Shown here in pieces: positions 20,295 through 28,896 of a DNA stretch of 64,000 nt. Location: positions 754-64,753 of the forward strand of contig DYDE01000001.1 of assembly GCA_020718065.1 (NCBI GenBank). Reading direction: 5' to 3'. A program made the position numbers and the translations under genes. The notes beneath the pieces are model-generated. The model searched no databases and had not been told where the DNA came from. It worked only from the letters and a program-made list of their open reading frames with translations. This stretch comes from Marinifilum sp. Its GTDB lineage: Bacteria; Bacteroidota; Bacteroidia; Bacteroidales; CG2-30-32-10. Each line of letters opens with the position of its first letter. The first letter of the stretch is position 1.

Positions 20295-22151
20295 ATGGAA
20301 ACAAAAAACATTTTTCCTGCATGGTTACAGGAATTTAAGCGTTTTCAAGCCTTAAAATCGCAGCTTTTTCTCTTTGGCAACATTTACGATTGCTATTACT
20401 TTCCTGTCAACTATAAAGAAGCAAAAGACGAGTCGGAATTGAAATATGCAAAATTTAATGATATTAAAGAATTATTACAAAAATACCTCCTTTTACAGGA
20501 TTTCGAAGTAGTGAGTTATTTTGATGTAATTGATGGGATCAGTTTAACTTCTTCTGACCCCAAAATTAATATTGATAATGTTTGTACTTCATTACAATTA
20601 AAAAACAGAGATGCAGAAGCCTATCTAAAGAATGCAAAAGCTAAAAAACTCGACGATGCAGTAGCATTTTATCGGGAACTAATGAGCAATACCAACAAAC
20701 TTACGGCATGTATCATTAATTTTGCTTCACGTTTTACTTCCAATCCCAATGCATTGGAAGAAACAATAAAACCTACCTACCTAAAAATGGTAAAAGCTGC
20801 ACAGGAATCTTATGCTTTTTCAAATAAAGAAGGAATGCGTAATATTATAGTATTTATTTGTGACAAATTGAATGATGTACCAGCATGGATGTTAATAGAA
20901 AATCCTTTAACAAAAGAAATAAACATTTCGAAACCCGGTAGAGAAGAACGAGAACGCTTCTTTTTTCAACGCAATGCATTGTTTTATTCAGAAGGGCAGG
21001 AACCCAATCTAAAAGAAATTGGAAAAATTTTTCCAGACCTCACCGAAGGCTTCCCTAACAGGGAGCTGGAAAACCTGATAACTATTTCGAAGCAAGAAAA
21101 GATTCATATGAATAAGATGAAAGAAATTATCGAACTTTTCAAATATGGATTGAGAGAAAACCCTTGGGAAAAGCTTGATTATGCTAAGGTTGAAGAGGCA
21201 GCTGATGAACTTCGCAAAAGAGTATTGGGACAGGAAAAAGCAATTGAAAAAGCTGTTGAAATTGTTCGTCGTTCGAAACTGGGCCTGGATTCAATTGACA
21301 AGACCCGTCCTTCCAATAAACCAAAAGGTGTATTATTCTTTGCAGGTCCGACAGGAACTGGTAAAACAGAGTTGGCCAAATCGATTGCTGAGTTGATTTT
21401 CAGTGATGAAGATGCAATGATACGATTTGACATGAGTGAATATAATGACAGTAATTCGGATGTAAAACTGATTGGGAGCCCTCCAGGATATGTAGGTTAC
21501 GAAGCCGGTGGACAACTTACTGATGCAATCCGAAAAAAACCCTTTAGTATTTTATTATTTGATGAAATAGAAAAAGCCCATCCAAAAGTATTCGATAAAT
21601 TCCTGCAAATATTGGACGATGGACGGCTCACAGACGGGAAAGGCGAAACAGTTTATTTTTCTCAATCACTTATAGTATTCACCTCAAACCTGGGAATGTT
21701 CAAAGATGATGGTTCCGGAAAAAGGACACAATATGTACTATACAGTGATGATTATAAAACCATTGAAAAGAAAATTAAAGACGAAATAAAAACATTTTTC
21801 GGAAGCACCTTGAATCGCCCTGAAATCTTTAATCGTTTTGGAGACAACTTTGTAGTTTTCGATTATATCAGACCCGATATTGCTGCAAAAATAATTGTTA
21901 AAAACCTGAATGTTATCAAGACAAATCTTAAAAAAATCAAAAACATTGATTTTGCATATACCAATGAATTTATTGCTGAATTTTTCAAACAATGTGCAGA
22001 TGACAACCTTGAAATGGGAGGTAGAGGAATTGTAAACAGAATTGAAACCCATATTAAAAATGGTCTTACCAACTTTATGTTTGAGAGTCGTAAGGTAGAA
22101 AATTGTACTATTTCTGTAAAAGTTGTTAATTCAAAAATAGTATTTGAATGA
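20295..22151 (+). CDS. ClpB/ClpV D2-type AAA+ ATPase (AAA_2) with a divergent ~300-aa N-terminal half
   Basis: VLGQEKAIEKAVEIVRRSKLGL, Walker A FAGPTGTGKTELAK, LIGSPPGYVGYEAGGQLT, Walker B ILLFDEIEKAHP, FLQILDDGRLTDGKGETV, sensor-1 VFTSNLG. The N-terminal half lacks a P-loop (SQLFLFGNIYDCYY in the expected place). Confidence 0.9.
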   Translation: METKNIFPAWLQEFKRFQALKSQLFLFGNIYDCYYFPVNYKEAKDESELKYAKFNDIKELLQKYLLLQDFEVVSYFDVIDGISLTSSDPKINIDNVCTSLQLKNRDAEAYLKNAKAKKLDDAVAFYRELMSNTNKLTACIINFASRFTSNPNALEETIKPTYLKMVKAAQESYAFSNKEGMRNIIVFICDKLNDVPAWMLIENPLTKEINISKPGREERERFFFQRNALFYSEGQEPNLKEIGKIFPDLTEGFPNRELENLITISKQEKIHMNKMKEIIELFKYGLRENPWEKLDYAKVEEAADELRKRVLGQEKAIEKAVEIVRRSKLGLDSIDKTRPSNKPKGVLFFAGPTGTGKTELAKSIAELIFSDEDAMIRFDMSEYNDSNSDVKLIGSPPGYVGYEAGGQLTDAIRKKPFSILLFDEIEKAHPKVFDKFLQILDDGRLTDGKGETVYFSQSLIVFTSNLGMFKDDGSGKRTQYVLYSDDYKTIEKKIKDEIKTFFGSTLNRPEIFNRFGDNFVVFDYIRPDIAAKIIVKNLNVIKTNLKKIKNIDFAYTNEFIAEFFKQCADDNLEMGGRGIVNRIETHIKNGLTNFMFESRKVENCTISVKVVNSKIVFE

Positions 22152-22762
22152 TCTTTCGGTTAAATAAAATACAATATCCGGTTTACAATCTTGGTCCAGG
22201 TAAACGATTAGGTATTTGGCTTCAGGGGTGCAGCATACATTGCAAAAATTGCATCAACAAATCCACATGGTCAAATAAACAAGGAAAACAAATGCATATT
22301 ATTGATGTATATAATATAATTGAAATGATTTGTAAAAATTATGACGGCATCACCATCACTGGTGGCGAACCATTCGATCAATATCCCCAATTGATGGCAT
22401 TTGCATACCTGATAAAAAGAAAAACAAAATTAAATATCATTTGTTTTAGCGGATACTATCTTGAAGAACTGGTACAGAAATTTCCCGACAAAGCATTTTT
22501 TAATTGTTTTAACTATATAATAGATGGCAGGTATGAAAAAGAACTTGTTTCTTCAAATTCGTTAAAAGGATCAGAAAACCAAAGTGTTTACAAATTCAAA
22601 CACAATAAAGCAGTAAAAACTAACATTAACAATACAAAGAAAACCTGGTCATTAAACTTCGAAAATGAAACCATTTATATGGCAGGAATACCTGCACAAA
22701 AAGAAATGGAGACTGTTGCCAACAAAATGAAATTGAATGGTATTAATTTAAAATTAGTTTAA
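22148..22762 (+). CDS. NrdG-like small radical-SAM activating enzyme
   Basis: GPGKRLGIWLQGCSIHCKNCINKSTW carries the CxxxCxxC cluster motif and closely resembles my recollection of the E. coli NrdG N-terminal cluster region (...GC..C.GC.NK.TW). SAM-binding ITITGGEPF. 204 aa. ATGA overlap with the AAA+ gene. Confidence 0.85.
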   Translation: MIFRLNKIQYPVYNLGPGKRLGIWLQGCSIHCKNCINKSTWSNKQGKQMHIIDVYNIIEMICKNYDGITITGGEPFDQYPQLMAFAYLIKRKTKLNIICFSGYYLEELVQKFPDKAFFNCFNYIIDGRYEKELVSSNSLKGSENQSVYKFKHNKAVKTNINNTKKTWSLNFENETIYMAGIPAQKEMETVANKMKLNGINLKLV

Positions 22763-22768
22763 TAAAGT

Positions 22769-23395
22769 ATGTTTCAAATCATTTGTCCGACTTGTTCCAA
22801 TAAAAATCTATTCGAAACAACTGAACAAAAACCTGTTGAGTGTTCTTTTTGTTTTACTTCTTTCACAGATTCAATAAAAATAGAGGAAATTGCTGAAGAT
22901 AAGAAGTTGATTGGGTTAAGACTTATATACCAACAAAACTCAGAATCAGTATTGATTAATAATTGCAATTGCATCCTTGGACGCGAAAATATAGGTTCGC
23001 AATTACTTTCCAACATCAGGATAAATGGCAATCAGGTGATAAGTCGTAAACATTGTTCCATTAATTTAATTGATGGCAAATATTATATAAAAGACGAGGG
23101 TTCTCTTAATGGCACTTTTTATGGAGTGAGCAAAATAGATTGTTCCAAAGAAAACCATATTATAGAAAATAATAGTTTGATCTTCCTCGGAAAAGAAGCA
23201 TTTCTGGTCCAATTCCAATATGAAGATACCAAAAAAGAGTCAGTTGATCAGCAATCAACTGATACACCTAAAGAAACTCCAAAACCAAAAAAGTACAGAT
23301 GCAAAGAAGGATGTGGTTTTGAATCTGAATCTTATATGGACATATGCCCAAAGTGCATGTCGAACAATAGCATGGTTGCAATATATGAAAATTAA
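22769..23395 (+). CDS. Zinc-ribbon / FHA domain / zinc-ribbon protein
   Basis: N-terminal CPTC...CSFC. FHA core ILGRENIG...ISRKHCSINLIDGKYYIKDEGSLNGTFYG. C-terminal CKEGC...CPKC. Confidence 0.85.
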   Translation: MFQIICPTCSNKNLFETTEQKPVECSFCFTSFTDSIKIEEIAEDKKLIGLRLIYQQNSESVLINNCNCILGRENIGSQLLSNIRINGNQVISRKHCSINLIDGKYYIKDEGSLNGTFYGVSKIDCSKENHIIENNSLIFLGKEAFLVQFQYEDTKKESVDQQSTDTPKETPKPKKYRCKEGCGFESESYMDICPKCMSNNSMVAIYEN

Positions 23396-23406
23396 AATCC
23401 AATCAT

Positions 23407-24123
23407 ATGGTCTTTAATATTTGTGGGTTTACACATAAAGGTACTGGCATATACACTTCTAACGAAGACAATATGTTGATAAACGATACTCAGTTAAATG
23501 AAGGTGAGTTTTTACTATTCAACCAGCCCTCATGTGTATGTTTTATTTCAGATGGTGTTGGTGGCAGTAAAGCCGGAGACTTTGCTTCTGCATTTGTTTT
23601 GTCAAAAATAAAAGAACTAACAACTGAACAATTAAATGACTTAAACAATATACTATATAAAGTAAATGATAATTTGCTTGAAGTTTCGTTGAATGATGAA
23701 AACAAAAGAGGTTGTGCCTGCACCTTATCTGGTTTAATAGCTTTCGATGATTTCTTTGATTTTACTCATATCGGAGATTCTGAAATTTGGCTCTTACGCA
23801 ATGATATGTTTATAAAGATATCAAAAGATGAAGTTGCAGATGAAGATAATGTTCTAAGTCCGATAACCAATTATTTCGGAGGAACAAAAAACAACCTTAA
23901 AATAAATACAGCATGGGAAAAGCCAGAATTATTTGCAAATGATGTTTTTCTTCTTTGTTCTGATGGATTGTTCAAATCATTAAATGTGAAATTGGTAAAA
24001 CCTATCCTCTCTTCAACAAAGAGTTTGCAGGAAAAAGTGCTCAAACTTAAAGAAAACTGCCTGACACTTGGCTCTGATGATAATGTAACGGCTATTATCA
24101 TTGAAATAATAAGTAATGAATAA
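23407..24123 (+). CDS. PP2C-family (PPM) Ser/Thr phosphatase
   Basis: Metal-binding motifs FISDGVGGSKAG, HIGDSEIW, LLCSDGLF, GSDDNVTAIIIE. 238 aa. Confidence 0.85.
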   Translation: MVFNICGFTHKGTGIYTSNEDNMLINDTQLNEGEFLLFNQPSCVCFISDGVGGSKAGDFASAFVLSKIKELTTEQLNDLNNILYKVNDNLLEVSLNDENKRGCACTLSGLIAFDDFFDFTHIGDSEIWLLRNDMFIKISKDEVADEDNVLSPITNYFGGTKNNLKINTAWEKPELFANDVFLLCSDGLFKSLNVKLVKPILSSTKSLQEKVLKLKENCLTLGSDDNVTAIIIEIISNE

Positions 24124-24127
24124 CCAG

Positions 24128-25663
24128 ATGAACCGATTTACCAGAATTTCAAAAACACTCATATATTCTATGCTATTACTCATAAGTGTAAGTGTTGTTT
24201 GTTTTTTTGGTGATCAACCTGTTACTTTTATTGCTGCATACATTCCAATAGTGATAATTGCCTTACTTACCACTTATTTTATATTTGAGAAAAAAACCAG
24301 AGAAAAGCGGAAAACAATTAGAATTTTGAAATACCAAAAGGAAATTGCTAAAATTTTATCTGTTAATTATTCTCAAAATATGTTGATTTTGCAATTGCAA
24401 ATTCAAAATGCAAAGCATAATTATATTTCAAGTACGATTATCAACAAACCGAATCAAATTCAAAGTGCAAAATATACAAAAAACAAAAGTATTGAAGTAT
24501 ATGTAAACCCAAAAAATCAACATGATATTGCTATTCCCGATTTATATGGAAGACAAGCTCCAAAGCCGTTGATAGATTATTTTGCAGTGGTTTTCTTTCC
24601 TGTTTTGTCGTTTTGTTTTGCCATACCTTTTCTTTTTATTATAATAAGTGAATCGGATCGTATTTTTCAAGATAGTGCATTTATAAAGACAATTAATAAT
24701 CAGGGCAGTATTTGGGAAATATATTTCAAATCACCAAAAAAAACCTTCATTAATATTTACAACCCTTTTAAAAACGAGAAAATAATAACAATTAAAAATA
24801 AAAGAGACAAGGAGTTAAATAAACATACCAACTTTTTTATCAGTCAGCAAAAACAAAATGTTTTTGTTATTGGCACAGGTAATACTCCTGTATTTGATGT
24901 TTATAATGCAAACTCTTATGAGAAAACAACAGATATTAAAGCCTTCGAACAATCGCATAAAATACTAAACAAGGGTATAGCAACAATCGAACGGAGTCAG
25001 TTCTTTAGAAAATTCATAAAGGACGGGGTTATAAAAATTAGTACTAACGATAAGAAAGTATGTTACTTCAATATAACCCAAAATAAATTATATAATTCCG
25101 AAAAGGAAATACAAAAGTATTTCGATCAAATGGATTCTGCCTATATTAATAAACACCCGTATTCATTTGTTTTACCCTATATTCCAAACAGCTCCAATAA
25201 ATTTCAATTATACAAAATTGAAACAATGAATAATAAAGGGATAAATGAATTAATCAAATTGGCAGGAGACAATAGTATCAGCGTTGATTCCATCAAAGAA
25301 AACAATAAAAATTTTTGCAAGTTTAACCCTCTTTTAGCTTTCTATGATTATTTTACAGAAGCCAAAATCATTTATTTTGATAGTTCTTTAGTAGTTATTG
25401 AACACATAACAGATATAAACAAAGATAGAGAAGAAATAATTTCAGGTTTTGACATCAATAGAAAGAAGCTATTTGCTATAGAACAAAAAGAATATCCAAA
25501 TATTTCAAAAATGAAAGAGGATAAATATTTCCATAATTACTCTAAAAAACCAAAAACCGAAAGGGACAATGACAAACTTATAATTATTTTTGAAAAATAT
25601 GGCGCTTTATGTATCAATTTAGGATCAGGCAATATTCTTTGGAAATACAAACCTGTCTTATAG
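24128..25663 (+). CDS. Sensor-like membrane protein, paralog A (2 TM, DUF3592-like insert, TM, ~330-aa C-terminal domain ending in a PQQ-like blade)
   Basis: Start chosen by homology with paralog B (MNRFTRISKT vs MNRITRKTKI). The track ORF starts at 24116. Conserved blocks FFISQQ, GTGNTPVFDVY, CYFNI.Q, QLYKIET.NNKG, YGALCINLGSGNILWKYKP. Confidence 0.7.
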   Translation: MNRFTRISKTLIYSMLLLISVSVVCFFGDQPVTFIAAYIPIVIIALLTTYFIFEKKTREKRKTIRILKYQKEIAKILSVNYSQNMLILQLQIQNAKHNYISSTIINKPNQIQSAKYTKNKSIEVYVNPKNQHDIAIPDLYGRQAPKPLIDYFAVVFFPVLSFCFAIPFLFIIISESDRIFQDSAFIKTINNQGSIWEIYFKSPKKTFINIYNPFKNEKIITIKNKRDKELNKHTNFFISQQKQNVFVIGTGNTPVFDVYNANSYEKTTDIKAFEQSHKILNKGIATIERSQFFRKFIKDGVIKISTNDKKVCYFNITQNKLYNSEKEIQKYFDQMDSAYINKHPYSFVLPYIPNSSNKFQLYKIETMNNKGINELIKLAGDNSISVDSIKENNKNFCKFNPLLAFYDYFTEAKIIYFDSSLVVIEHITDINKDREEIISGFDINRKKLFAIEQKEYPNISKMKEDKYFHNYSKKPKTERDNDKLIIIFEKYGALCINLGSGNILWKYKPVL

Positions 25664-25697
25664 ATTCTCTTTGTTTATACATTTATAATATAAAATA

Positions 25698-27221
25698 ATG
25701 AACAGGATTACCAGAAAAACAAAAATTCTCACTTATGCTATGCTAATATTGATTAGCGTAAGTTCATTTTGTTTTCTGGGAGACCAACCTATAGCCTATA
25801 TTATTGCTTTAATTCCGATAGGATTAATTATTCTTTTCATCGCTTATTTTATTATTGAGAAAAGGACAAGAGAAACACGCAATATGATGAAAATTGCAAA
25901 ATTCAGAAAAGAATATGCGAAAATTATTGCCGTTGATTATCATATTGATTTACTTATTATGCAATTAAAAATATCAAATGGCAAAATTGATTATACAACT
26001 AGCCTTATTATCAATAAACCTGATCAGGAAATGAGAAGAGCATTTTCAGAAGGCGAAAGCATTGAAGTATGGGTAAATCCAAAAAATCAACATGATATTA
26101 CTATGATAAACATATACGAAAAATCTGTTGCCAGTCGTAATGTAAATTGGATAACAATTCTAGTAATATTTCTTAATATTTTTATTTTTACAATTAGTCC
26201 TATTGTTGATTATATAAATCCGAAAAAACAATTTCAGGATATTGCTGTAATTAATACTACTGACAAACCTGATATTATTTGGGAAATTCAATACAGTTCT
26301 CCTAAAAGTATCTATATTAAAATATACGATCCATTAAATGATAAGAAGATAAAAACAATTAAAGATAAAAAAGAAAAGGAATTTGATAACAATATAACTT
26401 TTTTTATCAGTCAGCAGAAAAAAAACGTGTTAATTGTTGGTACTGGAAGCACTCCTGTTTTTGATATTTATGATGCTTCTTCTTATAAAAAAATAGCTGA
26501 TATCAAAAACTTTGAAAAATCAAATACAATTTTTAGCACAGGCATATCATCAATAAAACATATAACTTCTGACTATTGGTATAATAATGATGATATGATT
26601 GAACTAACAACCAATGATGCCAACAAGTGCTATTATAATATTCAGCAAGATAAATTTCTTTATTCAGAGAATGATTTTGAGAAACATATTGAGGATTTAG
26701 ATTCATTTTTCATAGGACAACAAATGTTTGTATTTGCTCTTTCAAGCGTTTCAGATCATATAGACAAACGTCAACTCTACATTATTGAAACAAATGATAA
26801 AAAAGGCATAGAAACATTGAAAACGCATGAAGGGATAAACATATTAGATGTTGATAACTTTAATAACAATAAAAAATACAACCATTGCAACCTAATCCCA
26901 CTTTGTAGTGATACTTTTTTTCTGCGAGGGAATATAATATACATAGATTCTACAATGGCAATAGTCCACCATGTAAATTCTGTTAACAAAAATGCAGAAG
27001 AACTAATAAGTGGTATACACAAAAGTGGAAAGCAGCTTTTCCGCATATATGAAGCTGATTACCCTAATTTGAAAGACATGAAGAAAGATGAACATAAACC
27101 ACACAATCATATAATAAAAAGTACAAGAATAAGTAATAAAATTGTATTATTGTTTGGCAAATATGGCGCTTTGTGTGTTGATGTTAAATCCGGAAAGATA
27201 ATTTGGAAATACGAACCATAA
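25698..27221 (+). CDS. Sensor-like membrane protein, paralog B
   Basis: Same architecture and conserved blocks as A and C. C-terminus YGALCVDVKSGKIIWKYEP. Confidence 0.7.
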   Translation: MNRITRKTKILTYAMLILISVSSFCFLGDQPIAYIIALIPIGLIILFIAYFIIEKRTRETRNMMKIAKFRKEYAKIIAVDYHIDLLIMQLKISNGKIDYTTSLIINKPDQEMRRAFSEGESIEVWVNPKNQHDITMINIYEKSVASRNVNWITILVIFLNIFIFTISPIVDYINPKKQFQDIAVINTTDKPDIIWEIQYSSPKSIYIKIYDPLNDKKIKTIKDKKEKEFDNNITFFISQQKKNVLIVGTGSTPVFDIYDASSYKKIADIKNFEKSNTIFSTGISSIKHITSDYWYNNDDMIELTTNDANKCYYNIQQDKFLYSENDFEKHIEDLDSFFIGQQMFVFALSSVSDHIDKRQLYIIETNDKKGIETLKTHEGINILDVDNFNNNKKYNHCNLIPLCSDTFFLRGNIIYIDSTMAIVHHVNSVNKNAEELISGIHKSGKQLFRIYEADYPNLKDMKKDEHKPHNHIIKSTRISNKIVLLFGKYGALCVDVKSGKIIWKYEP

Positions 27222-27312
27222 AAAACACCTAAAGTGAACAAAAGTTTGATGTTACTAAACTTAAATTGTATTAATATTTTAATTATCCAGAAACAGAATT
27301 AAAACAATATCT

Positions 27313-28836
27313 ATGACAACTGATAATATAAAAAAAATAATTTTATTAATAGTTCTAATATTAGTATTTGGAATTATACAGTTATTTATTAAAAACAATA
27401 TCATTGCCATTTCTTTATTGAGCTTGATGGTAATCGGTATTTTAATTTATCTGAAACGTTCAAATGCAACATCAATAAGACAAAAAAACAAAATAATCCA
27501 GCATGGCAAAAGAGTAAAGGCCCATATTTTATCTGTTAAAACGGTTAACCATAATTCAATTATCTTGTCTTTACTTGTTGAGCATCCGGAAAAGTTTTAT
27601 GTTACAAGCTATATTACCAATTCTTATATGATGACAAGAGAGTCATATAAAAAAGATCAGCAGATAACTGTTTTTGTAAATCCTATTAATCAATATGAAG
27701 TAATTATTCCTGAAACAAAAAAAGAAACAAATCCTGCTCCAAAAACCGCTTTTTGGGGCGTATTTACAACAGTTGGCATTATTGCTCTTTCATTTGGAAT
27801 ACCATTGTTCGTTGCTTTATTCGACACTTCAGAAAGAGAATTTAAAGACATAACTATTATTCAAAGCAATAAGCAGGAATACATATGGGAAATTCGTTTC
27901 GAATCTCCAAAGAAGGTTTTTTTTAAAATATACAACCCCATTACTAATGAAAAAATCAAGTCCTTTAAAGACAAAAAAGACATAAAACTTGATCATTATA
28001 CCAATTTCTTTATCAGTCAGCAAGAACTGAAAGTTTATATCATTGGAACAGGCAATACACCTGTTATTGATGTCTATGATGCAGTAACATTAGAAAAAGT
28101 TTCGGATATCGAAAAATTTGAACAATCAGATAAGATTCTTAGAAAAGGAATTGCTTCAATTCATTTTGAAACACCTAATAACAGGCTAACTAAAGATAAT
28201 GTGATAACTATAACCACCAATGATGGAAATAAATGTTTCTACAATATTCAACAAAATGAATTCTATTATTCTGAAAAAGAATTAAAAGATTATTTTGAAG
28301 AATCAGATTATGCCCTATTGAGTAAGCAAATGTTTGTATTCGTGCAATCGAACATTCCAAATAGTGTTAATAAACATCAGCTTTATATTATTGAAACAAA
28401 TAACAAAAAAGGGATTGAATATTTGCAAAGACATGCCGGTTCTATTAACCTGGATGTTGATTACTTTAATAAAAACAGGAAATATTCTTTTAAATACTGT
28501 AATCTTATACCACTTTGTCCTGAAAATTATTTTCTGGAAGGTAAGTTTCTATATTTCGATGCTTCCATTGCAATTATTCAACATGTCACTGCTATTAACG
28601 ATACTGCTGATGAATTAATAACTGGTATCAATAAAAGCGGTAAGACTTTATTTGCTATAAATCAAAGTGATTATCCAAATATAAAAGACATGACCGAAAA
28701 CAATCACAAACCGAACTACAACAACAAATTAAAGGTTATAAGGAACAGCAATAAAATTTATTTACTTTTTGATAAAAATGGAGCAATGTGTATGGATATA
28801 AATACAGGTAAAATTCTTTGGAAATACGAACCTTAA
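27313..28836 (+). CDS. Sensor-like membrane protein, paralog C
   Basis: Same architecture. 48 of 94 residues identical to paralog B in the IWEI...GI.SI block, which I aligned by eye. C-terminus NGAMCMDINTGKILWKYEP. Confidence 0.7.
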   Translation: MTTDNIKKIILLIVLILVFGIIQLFIKNNIIAISLLSLMVIGILIYLKRSNATSIRQKNKIIQHGKRVKAHILSVKTVNHNSIILSLLVEHPEKFYVTSYITNSYMMTRESYKKDQQITVFVNPINQYEVIIPETKKETNPAPKTAFWGVFTTVGIIALSFGIPLFVALFDTSEREFKDITIIQSNKQEYIWEIRFESPKKVFFKIYNPITNEKIKSFKDKKDIKLDHYTNFFISQQELKVYIIGTGNTPVIDVYDAVTLEKVSDIEKFEQSDKILRKGIASIHFETPNNRLTKDNVITITTNDGNKCFYNIQQNEFYYSEKELKDYFEESDYALLSKQMFVFVQSNIPNSVNKHQLYIIETNNKKGIEYLQRHAGSINLDVDYFNKNRKYSFKYCNLIPLCPENYFLEGKFLYFDASIAIIQHVTAINDTADELITGINKSGKTLFAINQSDYPNIKDMTENNHKPNYNNKLKVIRNSNKIYLLFDKNGAMCMDINTGKILWKYEP

Positions 28837-28896
28837 AAGACCATATTACTTTGTGTTAAGAGCAACTAGAGTTAAAATAAACAGATCAATAACTAT

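Noticed and set aside
16528-24123. Reading the kinase + FHA + PP2C + ClpB-like AAA+ set as a type VI secretion system threonine-phosphorylation module (PpkA/Fha/PppA/ClpV).
   Set aside because: No TssB/C sheath, Hcp, VgrG, baseplate or membrane-complex genes occur anywhere in the 64 kb. The AAA+ protein has only one canonical ATPase module and no recognisable ClpV N-domain. A radical-SAM enzyme is not part of any T6SS I know. The analogy is kept only as a mechanistic precedent.
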